Program-made: the position numbers and the translations under genes
Notes under the pieces: model-generated
Database searches by the model: none
Told to the model about the DNA's origin: nothing
The model's input: the letters and a program-made list of their open reading frames with translations, nothing else
Assembly: GCA_001244265.2 (NCBI GenBank)
Contig: CDLV01000010.1
Span: forward strand, 496,001-560,000
DNA: 64,000 nucleotides
Source: Microbotryum violaceum
Lineage: Eukaryota
Direction: 5' to 3'
Part shown: positions 23,240-35,381 of the stretch, one piece after another
Layout of the letters: each line of letters opens with the position of its first letter
How positions within the stretch are numbered: position 1 is the first letter of the stretch

Positions 23240-25729
23240 TTAATCAGAACCGTACCACCAAATACTGACCTTCCCCCTCGCCCACTTTCTCACCACCTCC
23301 TCCACGTCCCCCTTCTTCGGAAACCCGACCACACTCCTCCCCTCCTTCCTCAGCACCTCCCCAAACGCCTCCCTCACCAAACCCTTCCTCCCCTCATTCC
23401 CAATCGTCTCGCCCCATGCATCGATCCAGGATAAGAACCACTTTACACGATGGAAGATTGTACTTTCGTCGGCTCGGGTAGGGTCGGATCCGCCTAGTAA
23501 AACCGCACGGACGAGGTGGTGTACAAACGCGCGTCTGACGAAGAGCGGTCTCTCAAACAGGCGAATCGAACGACCGAGATCCGTTCGAGCTGAGGACGAA
23601 CTCGGCTCGACGTGGCGCCTCGATGCGTCGTGCTGTCGCGTCAAAAGCATCGTCTCCAAGGTTCGCTTGAGTACGATCCACGGTGGTCGAGTTTCCGGTG
23701 CTCGAGGGGGTGATCGACGTGAAGGAGCAGCTGGGAGGCTTAGAATCGTCAACAATTGACGCCAATACTCGGTCGAGATCCCGATGATGCGTGGATCGGA
23801 AACGGGTGTCCGGAGATGATCTCGACCTGAGCGAACGGAGTGCGAGTGTGTACGCCGGGCTACACGGGAGGAATCGAGGGGGACGTCGACGACAGCTAGA
23901 CAGGTATGAGATACCGCATGAAGAGCTTGTTGCAGCGTATGCGGATCCCACGTCATCGTCGCATGATTGTCGTGTTCCGGGGTCGACATAGGAGGGCCGT
24001 GATCGCTCGATCCAATGCTGGCCCACAAGATCCGGTACAATGCCCCGGATTGACGTTCGCGCATCGTCACGAGTTCTCGGGGCGAATGTGATACGAGAGG
24101 AGTGAGCTGCAACAGCTTCTCGTACAGTTGCCTCGCCGTCGAGATCGATTGACGAAACTGCATCCGAGTGCGGTGCAGCGCTCGAGCATCGTCCATCGAA
24201 TGATCGGAAGCGAGGACGGCTTGCCCTCGGTAGAGGACGAATCGGATCGAAGCAGAAAGGATCTGTGCGCGTTGGTGTATCAACTCGATCGGGGTTGCTG
24301 CCACAGGTTCGGCGTGCGTCTTCAGGGGCACATGTCGAGGTTCGTCAAAGTCCTCGGCAGCTCCCAGCTCGGCGCTACCCGTGTCCTCGGTCTCGTCGAT
24401 GAGCATACGCACGTCCTGTCTAACCTGATTAAACAAGTCCTGGTCCCATAGACCTTGCTCTAGCCGTTGTAGCGCCGATTCGACGACCGAGAGGCGCACG
24501 ACAAGATCGTTCTCAAACTCGGTGCGATTGCGAATGGCAAGGATGAGGCGACTCATCTCGGCGCGGGCGACCTCCTCACTTGCCCCGAGTTCACACAGAC
24601 GCTTCTCGAGTTGGGGTGCTTTCCGAACGAGAAAGGCGACGATGTGCGGGTCGATCCCTTGCGGGGTATGCCCCTGTTCGTCGTGAAGCAGCGCGAGCAA
24701 CTGACCAAAGCTGTCGAGGGTCTCGAAGGCGCGCGAGTCGAGTCGTAGCGCCAAAGCTTGCATCCACGCCATGCTGATGTTGCCTCTGTACAATCCCAGT
24801 CCTAGCCCACTCGTCGAGAGCCAGCCTGCGCTGGTGTTGAGATCGGCATCCGCGGAGCTGCTTCGGTGATCGCGAGCTTGGGCGTGGGCGTGGGCATGGC
24901 GAGCTTGCTGGTGCTGCTGCACAATCGCGCGGGCGGCTTGGGTATTGAGCAAGAGTGGGAAAGGAACGACGACGTTCGGAGACGAGGTGAAGAAGGCCTT
25001 GTCGAGTTCGGCCGCGGCGTGGACTTGATCTGTGCGAATGAGCAATCGTAGGGTATGGGCGACGACCTTGACGATGCGTTCGTGCAGCTGCAGGGACTGC
25101 GTATCGCGCAAGGGGCCATCGAGAGCGACGTAGGCGGCTGCACAGGCCCTCTTCCAGGCATAGAGCTCTTGCTGTACGTCGTCGCGGGATCGGTGCTGGA
25201 GTCGTACCGCCGAGGCCGAATTGGCCATGCGAGGGAGCGACGACAGCACCCGCTCGAGCAGCTGCTCCGGTGGCGCGGGAGGCGACGGAGCCGCTCTTGC
25301 TTGTGCTTGTGCTTGGGTGGAGCCGAATCGATGGTAGATGCGTGTAAAGAAGGAGTTGGTTGAGACTGATCGGGGTCGCGGTCGTGTTGCGCCGTGATTC
25401 GTGTCGAGCTCATCCGCAACGGTATCCTCGTCGCCGACCACCTCCGCGGCACAAGTGGTGGCAGAAGAGGCGCGCAGGGATGCCGACGTCGACGAGCGGC
25501 GATAGGACCCGGCTGGCGTCCGTAACGGTGGTGGTTTGAGTGGTGGCCGTCCCCTCCATGCGAGCAGGCGCATCACTGGCCTCGTGAGGACGCCGCGCAC
25601 TTTGGCCGGGGATGATCGATGATGAGCAGCAGCGACGGCCTGCATAATGCTCAAGGGGTCCGCGCGCCGCGAGGCGACTTTGCCAGCGAAGAATTGCCCC
25701 ATTACACTTGCCGCGGTCGCCAGGATCAT
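23240..25729 (-). CDS. Hypothetical protein, about 800 aa
   Basis: 829-codon uninterrupted ORF with helical-looking composition; no motif recognised; true start and last exon uncertain. Confidence 0.6.
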   Translation of the reverse strand: MILATAASVMGQFFAGKVASRRADPLSIMQAVAAAHHRSSPAKVRGVLTRPVMRLLAWRGRPPLKPPPLRTPAGSYRRSSTSASLRASSATTCAAEVVGDEDTVADELDTNHGATRPRPRSVSTNSFFTRIYHRFGSTQAQAQARAAPSPPAPPEQLLERVLSSLPRMANSASAVRLQHRSRDDVQQELYAWKRACAAAYVALDGPLRDTQSLQLHERIVKVVAHTLRLLIRTDQVHAAAELDKAFFTSSPNVVVPFPLLLNTQAARAIVQQHQQARHAHAHAQARDHRSSSADADLNTSAGWLSTSGLGLGLYRGNISMAWMQALALRLDSRAFETLDSFGQLLALLHDEQGHTPQGIDPHIVAFLVRKAPQLEKRLCELGASEEVARAEMSRLILAIRNRTEFENDLVVRLSVVESALQRLEQGLWDQDLFNQVRQDVRMLIDETEDTGSAELGAAEDFDEPRHVPLKTHAEPVAATPIELIHQRAQILSASIRFVLYRGQAVLASDHSMDDARALHRTRMQFRQSISTARQLYEKLLQLTPLVSHSPRELVTMRERQSGALYRILWASIGSSDHGPPMSTPEHDNHATMTWDPHTLQQALHAVSHTCLAVVDVPLDSSRVARRTHSHSVRSGRDHLRTPVSDPRIIGISTEYWRQLLTILSLPAAPSRRSPPRAPETRPPWIVLKRTLETMLLTRQHDASRRHVEPSSSSARTDLGRSIRLFERPLFVRRAFVHHLVRAVLLGGSDPTRADESTIFHRVKWFLSWIDAWGETIGNEGRKGLVREAFGEVLRKEGRSVVGFPKKGDVEEVVRKWARGKVSIWWYGSD

Positions 25730-26110
25730 TATAGATCACTATGGGACAAATTGAGTAATAACCACACCGGTCCTCGCGCCCTCTTGACAGGCTCACTTTC
25801 GTCACTCGACCTCGAACTCGATCTGAACTGTGTGTGGAGTCGTAGCAGCATGAGCTCACGCAGATACGTCGAGGCGTTTGATCCTCGACGGAGTGGTCGC
25901 GTGAGCGTGCAGTCGTTTGCATTACCGTCGTCAGTCCATCCATACTCTGCCCGTTCATCCACCATCGCCCGAGCATCTCCGCCGGCCGTCCTACTGCTCA
26001 GCGCTCAGCGCTCATCGTCCTCGTCCTCGTGGCTCGACGCGTCCGAGCTCCCCGTATGAGTGAGTACTGACCCTGCCTCTCTCTCCGACCAATGGCGCTA
26101 CCACTCGCAG

Positions 26111-29100
26111 TGTATCGACGTCCTCGATTCCGGCCGACCTGCTGTTATCGTTGCTGCTGTCCAAGTCGTTGCTCGCCGTAGCGCTCTACATCTCGCGCGA
26201 CTGGTTGCTCGCGCAGGGCTTCAGCGTCTCGGCGCTCAACGCCGTCGCGCTCGCCATCGCCGCCGTCGTACTCTCTCTGTGGGAGCAAGTATGGACCACA
26301 CCACGTGGAATAGCCAACCGGAGAGAGGTGTGTCATCCCGGAATCTGTCTTCGCTCTCCGCTCTCTGGAGGCTCGGACGCCTTCTCCGGTCTCTGGTCTC
26401 GGACTCGGCGGTCGAGCAACTGGGGGGGGGGGGGGACGAGGATGTCTCGGGGGTCCACATGCCTTCCGCCTACGGATCTCTGACCTGGGCCATGCGCTAT
26501 CGGAATCTCTGCAGGAGCCTTCAACATGGATATACGCCGTTTTGATGGCTGCAGAATCCCTAACGGCACTAATGGTCCTGTCGCGAATGACTGTCTCTAG
26601 GTGAGCGATCCCGACGCCATGTCCTATTCCCTCTACCGGCCGCATCTAGCTCAACGGTCGGACTTTCATCTCTACCCCAGATTCGTCATGCTTTCGTCCT
26701 TTGCGTCTTTGTGGGCTCGAGGGGTGCCCATCAACATCTCTGGCGCCGGCGCCAAACGAGCTCAGGGCAAGGCGAATGCCATCTTCATCACCACCGCCAT
26801 GATCGGCGCGAGCTACGTCCTTGACAGGATCCTCACAGGTCAGTCACCACCCACTCGAGAACAGCGAAACTTTGACAGGGTCGATCTCCTTTCCTGACTA
26901 CTTGAACTCGTATTTTGTCGTAGGGATAGCGCGCAAGTCGGCGTACGGCGTCCTCCTCATCCACTTGCTCTTGTCGGGCCAACGTGCCGATCTCCTCGGC
27001 GCTTACCAGATCGACCTGCAAGGACGAGCTCATATGCTGGGCACAATAGGCGGCGCTTTCTTCGCTCTCGTTCTTGCCTTGGTGCGATTCACCTTGGTGC
27101 GTTCTCCGATCTGAATGAAAGAGATCCACACCAGTCTTTCGCCCGAGAAAGCTGACGCCCAACTTCCTCTGCCCATTTCCAGTTCGGCGTCCCTCTCATT
27201 ACCACCCACCTCGACGCCCACCTTCCACAAAAGGGTACGCCCGTATTTGATGCGTTCAGTGCCCCAGACCCCACCATTGGTCTTCTCGTTTGCGCCGCTG
27301 CGTTGCTCGCCATCGCCTCGCACGTCGCGGACCCCCTCCTCTCTCGTGCGCTGCTCGCCCACTTCCCACCAGCTCGGCTAGTCTCCTCAGGGTGGCCATT
27401 GGCACAGCTCAGTACAGCATTCGTGGGCTACGTCGGCTTCGGTCAAGGGTTGGGCTTGGCGGACTATGTTGTGGCTGCTCTGGCATGGACAGGTGAGTCT
27501 TGGCGTGTACGCCGGGTTATCTCAGTTCAAAGTGTGCTGACTGGAAGCCCACTTGCACAGCCATCGCCAATCTCGTATCGTCCGATCCTCGATCCTCGCT
27601 CATTTCCTCCAACGGAAGCTCTTTTGCAACCCCCTCCCGCAACGAGCCCTTCCTCGGGCGCGTATCCAACTTCTACCGCCATTTCCGCGCGACGATCAAG
27701 ACGATCCTTGCCTCGGACGAGTCAAAGCGCATCTACTTTTTCCTTTGCCTCAACCTCGCGTTCATGTTCGTGCAAATGGCGTACGGGATATGGACCAATT
27801 CGTTGGGATTGATCTCGGATTGTGAGTCGACTGAAGTCGTGTTGCGATGAAATCCGAGTTGTGCAGGTTGACACGATAGTATTACAGCCATCCACATGTT
27901 CTTTGACTGCCTTGCCCTTGGAATGGGATTGTTCGCTAGTGTGATGGCGACTTGGTCATCAAATGACAAGTTCACATACGGGTGAGTAGGGCGGCCTAGA
28001 GGTTGTTCGGTGGATGAACCATTGAACTCCGTTGACCTTTCTCAAACACAGCTACTCGCGAGTCGAAACGCTCTCGGGCTTTGCAAACGGCCTCTTCCTC
28101 TGCCTCATATCCATATTCATCGTATTCGAAGCGATCCAACGACTACTTGACCCTCCGGAGATGAACACGGGTCAATTGCTGATCGTCAGCTCGTTAGGGT
28201 TGGCGGTCAACCTCGTGGGGATGGTCGCGACGGGCCATGGGCACCATGGGCATTCGCATGGTGGGCATGGAGGGCATGGTGGACATGGTGGGCATGGTGT
28301 GCATGGAGGGCATGGAGGGCATGGAGGGCATGCGGGGCATAGTAAGCCCGAGGCGGCGGAGAAGGTGGGGAATGGATCGGCGCATAACGGGCATGCGGTC
28401 AGTCATAGGCCGCTTTTCGGTTACGCCCAGGCTCGGAGTTCGAGACTGACGCAGTACTTCCTCTGCCTTAAACAGCACGACAAACCCGTATCAGGGCATT
28501 CGGCGCATTCGAATCATACGCATGGCCATGGGGGACACGGTGATACATGTGAGGATGATGATGATGACGATTGCGAAGAGGAGGAGGGTGGGCATGGCGC
28601 AGGAAGTCACAACATGAAGGGCGTGTTCCTCGTGAGTGCTTTCTTCTTGAAGTCTAACCTTACTGAAGCGAGATGCCCCGCAGCTGCTGACGTTGCTGTT
28701 ATCATTACAGCACGTTTTGGCTGATACATTGGGATCCGTCGGCGTCATCATCTCGACACTGCTGATCAACCGATACGGATGGACCGGCTTCGATCCATTA
28801 GCGTCCATCTTCATCGCCGTGCTCATTTTCGCCAGTGTCGTACCCCTCGTCGAGGATGCAGGTCGACTCTTGATCCTCGACCTCGGGAAAGAGAGGGAGA
28901 CGGAAGTACGGACAGCATTGTCCAAAGTGAGCAGCAAATCGAGGATCCTACCGCTGCTTCAAGCGGCTGACGACTTTGATATCTCACAGATCAACCAAAT
29001 CGAAGGCATTTCCTCCTTCACCGCCGCACGCTTCTGGTGCAAGGACTCGGCAACCATGGTCGGGTCTATCTCGGTCCAATTGGCCCAAGTTCAGTCGATG

Positions 29101-29226
29101 TCCCATTACGCGGATATTGATAAAGTGACCAAGCGGGTACGCAAGTCGCTGAGGAGCTCGATCGCGGGTCTCTCCGATGCGAATCTCGTCATTCAGGTCG
29201 AACCCGCGGCGGGGTATCCGTTCTGA
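26111..29226 (+). CDS. CDF-family zinc transporter (Msc2/Cis4/ZnT5-like), spliced; start uncertain and upstream of 26111
   Basis: ESKRIYFFLCLNLAFMFVQMAYGIWTNSLGLISD|AIHMFFDC; SRVETLSGFANG; His-rich loop; SHNMKGVFLHVLADTLGSVGVI; hydrophobic N-terminal domain. Confidence 0.9.
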
Positions 29227-29371
29227 ACTGGACGAGAAAAAGGGGTGCACTCGGGAGGAATTCCTTCCCCTTCACATCCTGAACTCGCAGGCTACGGGGT
29301 AGGAGGAAAACACATTGTTTGTTCGCTTTGGCCCTTTTGTATGCAATCCCGACCCGCACCATAGAGGAACG

Positions 29372-29477
29372 TAGCTGGCGGTGTGCTTAACTGCATTCCC
29401 TCTGACTTTTCCAAAGGTTTCTAGGCATTAATATAATTATACTGTTATTGGAGTTCATCAAATAAAGAAATAAAAAA
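29372..29477 (+). mobile_element. 5'-truncated fragment (3' end only) of the LINE family at 5860-11017
   Basis: 29375-29474 aligns ungapped to 10918-11017 with 15 mismatches in 100 nt; A-rich tail; GAACG at 29367-29371 and 29478-29482. Confidence 0.88.
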
Positions 29478-32371
29478 GAACGAACCCAAAAAATCAAAAG
29501 CACTCCTCGATCTACTTTACATTCAACATCGTGTGATGACATTGGCATGTCCGTGTTCTTCATGGGCCATGGGGCATCGCGCGCGCGTAGTTGGGCTTTG
29601 GTTGAAAGGAGCAAGTCGGCGCGCCATTCGAACCACACCGCCTTGGCCTCGTCGGCCCGTCCTCTTTGAGACTTACCTACACAGGGAACGACGGCATTTC
29701 CATCGATACGTGATGAGTCAAAATGATCTCGATCCAAGCAAGTGGGCCGATGCTAGAAGGATAAAGAGGGTAGCGGAAACAAGAAAAGAGAAAGAAAGAA
29801 AAACCCACTTCACAGCTCCGTGTAGTGCTGCCGCTGGCACATCCCCATTGCTCCAAAGGGCACCTGCCTTTCCCCTTACTGCACAAGACTACTGAAAAAG
29901 CATGTGCAGAGGGCGTTTGTATCACCTACATCATGCACGCGATCCCGATGCCGAGCAGGGATCGTCGTCGGCGTCCGGATCGCACTCCGGGCGTGGGCAG
30001 TGGGGCTCGGTGGGGAGAGGCGGCGTGGGCGTAGGCGTGGACGTAGGCGTGGGCGATCGCACGCGTGGGGGAAGAGCGTTCGCACTACGGGGTCGATTCG
30101 CCCGCCGAGCTGAGTTGGACCCGAAGATGCAAAAGGAAACCACCGTCGCGTTTCTGCGAAAGTCTAAAAATGCACTACCGCGTACGTCTATCAACCAAGC
30201 AATCTATAAGACTGGTCCCTTCTATACAAAACACTAATGAGAAAACAAATTCGTACTGCAAACTGCAACAAAAACCGACTGACGCTGACTGCGAGGCGGG
30301 TCCGATGCGTAGCGAAGCTAGGGGGGGTGTTGCTAGGAAATCCTCCGAATGCTCGGCATCTGGCGCCTCGAAGCTTAGGACGCCGCCCTTCTTTATACGT
30401 ATCCTTGGTACCCTTCACATGATCAACCCTAGTGAGTTTGCTGTGCACAAGGAGGTGAGCCGCCGTTTCCGCCTTGATGCACTCCGGACGACGCTCACGC
30501 GAGCCGGCACGTTGACTGCAAACGAGCTGAACAGGAATGCCGAGTCCGTACTCGAGGCCTCGGCTCGTGGTGAGGGTAGCCTTGGTCCACTTGCTCGAAG
30601 TTCACGGGAGAAGAGGTAGAAGCCGATTGATCTTGACGACGGAATGGGAAAGTTGGTTGGGGTTAGCGGTGCAAATTCGATCTGAGACCCTTCAAGGACT
30701 CATCCGTCGGCTACGGGGGATCCGGTTGCGGCCGGTCGAAGAAGAACTGACGAGGTGCGCATGTCAAGAGGAAGGACTGGCGGTGACGATGTAGAATGGG
30801 GTTGCGCGAAGATTGAGGGTAGAATGATCCAAAGTCGCCGACCGGTGCAGCGGGTAAATCGAACAAACCTAACGAATTCGGCGGGATACGATGTCGCGCC
30901 GGGTCGACAGGGGTGTCTGAGAGTTCTGGACGGCATAACGATGCCGCGATGAAATGAGGGGAGAGCGGAAGACCGGGAATACATATTATCAATATGGGGT
31001 TGCCATTCGGGTTTGAGCCGTTCGTTCAGCGAGTGACCAAGCCCCACTCACGATAAGAAGCTATCATCGAGTCGGTCTCGCCACTTTGGGGAGTCCGGGG
31101 ATTACAGGAGAAGGAGCCGGCCGAGGCTCCCGGGCCCCGCAGATACAGCGATCGTCTTGTCCTCGTTGAAGCAGGATCACTCTTAGGGAGTTCCGAAAAG
31201 TCAAAAAAAGATATTGTTGTCGGTTGGTGAGGGGATGTTGGGCTAGGCGGGAACGCCTTGGCACGACGAGGAGAGGCAGGTGGGGATGGGAACAATGCAG
31301 AGGAGTCAATGTGGCGGTTTGTAGGAACGAATAACTGTAATGGAACGGTCGCAAGGCAATTGTACTCGACCGGATCGGACGGTCGAAATCGGGTTGCGAA
31401 CGGTTTCGCGTCGGCTTCGGACACCGGTGGTGGGTGGAGCTGCAGCATTATCGCCGAACGTCCGTCGGGCGTAAGATGCGAGCGTCGTGACGGAGCCGCT
31501 TGCCCTGCCTGTTGCTGGAGCAAGGGGGAAGTAAAGGACAAGGTGAGAAAGACAGAGAGATAGAAACAAAGGAATGATGTAGAGCACAAACACGCAAGGG
31601 CTCTGGTTGCGAAAAACACTTGGCTCGAAACCGCCGACGGTATACCGTCAACTTAATCGTAGATTGAGAATAAACTCCGCGGCCGCGGTAGGGCACCCCG
31701 GCCGCCGCCCCGATCTCTCCGATCGGATGCGAATCTCTCGGCCCACGGAAGCGCATCGGCTGCGATCCTGTTTGGGCCATGTGCCACTACTCACAGCCTT
31801 TGAATTGACCACTCATTGTTTACAGTCATGTTTCTTGCTTAAAGCTGCGTGGGTGCCAGGTGGGAACGCGCCCACCCGTTTCTTTTCTCTCTCTTTTGGG
31901 CCTTCAAGTTACATGATCAAATCCGTCACCACCTTACAGATGCCTACTCAGAAGAAGAGAATTTGGTACGGATGGTGAGCTGTCAGCAGATACTTTAGCC
32001 GGTGAACCCAATTCAAATCCTGCGGCGAATCTCGGCGCTGGGTGAGCGTAATCCCGTCGACTCGACCGCGGCTCAGCTGCAGGCTCGGGCGCTCCGGCCG
32101 CGGGTTGCGGCGCGTGTCACTGTCGATACTCTCTAAGGAACGGTTAGTCGGGCGCGAGTCGGGCTTGGAGCGGTCCCGGGAGTCGCCGCCGAGTCGGAGC
32201 TTATAGGCTTGGACCAGGCGTGGCGAGTGCGTGCTGCTGCGTGCCGGCTCCTCCAGTCGAAATCACGTTTGTCTTGCGGGCTTCCTTCCGCAGCGCTCGA
32301 CACCTTCGGAGATCGTATTCGGATCTCTGTTGGCGACGTCCCACCCCCTTAAACCAAGGCGACGACTCACC

Positions 32372-32739
32372 ATGTCCAAGACGATCTCAAGAAGACCCTT
32401 GCAGCGGTACCCGACTGCTTTCGCAGCCTGTGCAACGCAGGTCAGTAGCTTCTCCCTTCACCTCGCCCTCCTCTCGTCTCTCGTACCACGCAGCTCGCTG
32501 ACCGCAGGCAACACACCTACACGTCCCTCCCTTCCACACAGGCCATGGCCTATGGCAAATGCATTGGCGTAAAGTACACCGAGGTCGAACGTGGCATGTG
32601 TGAGAAGGAGTTCCAAGCGTTCAAGGCTTGCGTCGCACAACATGTCTGTCTCCCGCCCGGATTGCTGTCCCATCTGATCCTTGAGCATCGGCTGATCTCG
32701 GAATAATATATCTTACCGGAACAGGTCAAACGAACGTGA
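32372..32739 (+). CDS. 61-aa twin CX9C microprotein, NDUFAF8-like (3 exons)
   Basis: Exons 32372-32440, 32542-32643 and 32725-32739 with GT-AG introns give MSKTISRRPLQRYPTAFAACATQAMAYGKCIGVKYTEVERGMCEKEFQAFKACVAQHVKRT. Confidence 0.85.
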
Positions 32740-33082
32740 TGACGAAGTGATGATTCCCGTGCATCAAGTTCGACTGCCGACGCGTCCGCCAGGAGTGGCG
32801 TGCACATCCTGGTCGAGCGGTAATCACCCCCAATGAGTGCCCACGAGTAATCGTAGGCAAGACGTAGGACCAGACAGACAGCATCCTCGAGGAATATATA
32901 CGAACACTCTCCTACAATGCAACTGTACCGACGCAATACCCGTGACTATCGAATCTCCATCGCGCACGACGTTCACTACCCGACACGCTACTAAGGCTAT
33001 CGACCTGTTCAATCAAATGTACAACATCCGCAAGTACTTATTACAATGCAATTGTGTACTCGTTAACTAATTTGATCATCTA

Positions 33083-35055
33083 TCAAAACCCGAACCTCGC
33101 AAACAAACCTCCGCCACCTCCATTCTCACTTTCAACCGGCGTCTTCTTCGATACGGCTGACGACTCTGCGGATGCTGCAGCTGGCCCCGACGACTTGGCC
33201 GAAGAGGAGCCGAATACGATTGGGGGTCGAAGATCGGGTTTCTTCGCGTGTCTGGGTTTGTAGTTGGGTAAGATGTCACGCATCTCGATGCGCGAGAGAT
33301 ATACTTTGATAGAGCTCGGCGTGGCATCTAGTCGAATCCAAGATTCCACCAAAGATCAAGTCAGCATCGGAGGGGAAGACGTGTGAATCGTTCTTCGTCC
33401 TCTCACATTTGTCCAAAGACGATAATTCAGCGCCTCCGTCATCGATATACTGCATCAACTCCTCCCCACTCGTCTTGTACCGCTGTCGCTTGACCTTCTC
33501 CGCGAGTGCAACCACGTGAGGAACGACCGGACCAGATCCCAACAAGACGAGGAACAGGAGGCCATCATCCTACGCGAGAGAGCAAAGGTGAATGAGTGAT
33601 TGTTTTCAGCACAAGGGCGAATGATGGAGAGTCGACCGACCTTGAGCAGATCGAGCGCCCGAACAGAGTACTTGTCCGCCTTGCCGATATCCCGCACCTC
33701 GATCTCGTTCGTACTCAGTGTTTGAACCGACGAGCTTCGCGGAGGCATCGGCGGAACAGGCGGGGGAATAGAAGGATTTGTAGGAGTTGAAGACTTTGCA
33801 TTCGCTGGAGCTTTCGGGCCTGGTGCGGAGGATGAGGCCTGTGCGACCGCGGCGAAAATTGAGGCCTTGACCGGATGATCGGAAGTTGAGGATGCGTCTT
33901 CTGTTGGTGTGGGCGGTATTCCGAACATGTCGAATTGCGGTGTTGAAAGCAACGAAAGCAAGCTGAGGAGCGTCATCACTTCAAGACCTGGGGCACCATG
34001 TTGTGCAGGAGTGATCAGTTTATCTCCGAGTCAGATTGGCATCTTCCGTGAGGGAGCATATTTGCTCCGACATCGCTGGCCAGGACCCACCTTTCCTGTC
34101 TTCAATTGGCGGTTCAATGCGCTGAGAGAAGAGATAGTAGACTCGAGTGAGACCAAACACTTCGCGAAGCTCATTCAGGCGCAGTACATGCCGGCATCAT
34201 TCAGACCACCGATGGCGGGCACTACTCACGGCTAAGTTGTAATCCAAGATCTGACATTGCGCCGCTTTCTTCTTGCTTGCCGGAGTGTACAGGCAAATAG
34301 GAAAATTTGGGTCCGGTTTTCTTAGCTGCGCAAAGAAGACGTGCCGATATCTCCGTCATTAGCCTCCGACGGGCAGCTGAAATCTCTTTGTCGAGCGCAG
34401 ACAGCAGAGCCACGACCCACCACCTCCAACGTATAACTCTTATCCCCCGAAAACGAACCAGATCGATCCCAAGCATATTTGACTCCTTCCCATTCCCAAC
34501 TCCACTGCCACCCTAGCTTTCCCGTGTTCTTAAATTCTTCGGAATGCTCGGGATTGAAGAACTCGACAAGTTTGAGCTTGTTCGGAACGGTCGGTGTTAA
34601 GGATGCCCATTTGGTGTCGGTCCAGGGGTCAATGAGGGAGATCGTGCCTGTTTCGACATCCTGGGGATCGCACAACGTTTTGGGGGCGGTGCGTTGAGCA
34701 AAGTGTTGAAAACGCCAAGCCGAAAAGGACAGGCCGACGATTTTGAAATGAGGCAACGCGCGGAAGTGCCGGAGTGAGCCAGAGTCAGCGGAGGAACCTG
34801 CACAAAACGGAAAGGAAAGGAAGAAGCGAGGATACCTTCTGAGCAACATAGTGAGCATCCGTCGATCCATCCTCCTTGATGTCAACGCATCCGACCTTGT
34901 CGAGGCGCGGTACGAGCGAGAGGACAAACACTGCTCAAGCGAGTGTGGAGCGCCGCCAAATGTCAGTCAGCAAACAGACAGGTAGCTCCTCGACGGACGC
35001 CGAACGCGCGCAGCACCTGTAGCAAGCTGAACTCACGGCTGGCATCCAGTGGCAT
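33083..35055 (-). CDS. Hypothetical protein, probably conserved in basidiomycetes, multi-exon
   Basis: Spliced MPLDASLFVLSLVPR..; ISLIDPWT..FKNTGKLGWQWSWEWEGVKYAW; QILDYNL; AEKVKRQRYK..EELMQYI; SIKVYLSRIEMRDILP; canonical splice sites where checked. Confidence 0.7.
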
Positions 35056-35381
35056 AGCAGTAGAGCTGACTGCAAACGCTTTTTCGAGGTCGGCAGGGTG
35101 GCAGATGAGAGCTCGAGAACGGCGGTAAGAGCTGACGAGAAGGAGCGCGACACGGACGACGTCGACGAGCGTCGAACTGGGCGTCAGCAGCACAGCCCAC
35201 CAGAGCCCACCTGCGAGAAGCGAGCGACGGAGGTGCGAACGTTTCTCGGCATTTCGCGGAGCCGCTCCATTCTTCATACTCCGCAGCTCGTCAGTTCTGA
35301 AAGAGAGAGCAGCACTAGAACGGTTTGGGACTGATTCATTCCAAACTACAGAACAAAAAAATCCCAACCCGCCTCTTCCAC

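Noticed and set aside
31995..32060. tRNA or Pol III gene suggested by ATTCAAATCC
   Set aside because: Imperfect B-box and no cloverleaf or A-box.
1071..32739. Functional cluster of ERV1 with its putative CX9C substrate
   Set aside because: About 30 kb and many unrelated genes apart; coincidence is sufficient.
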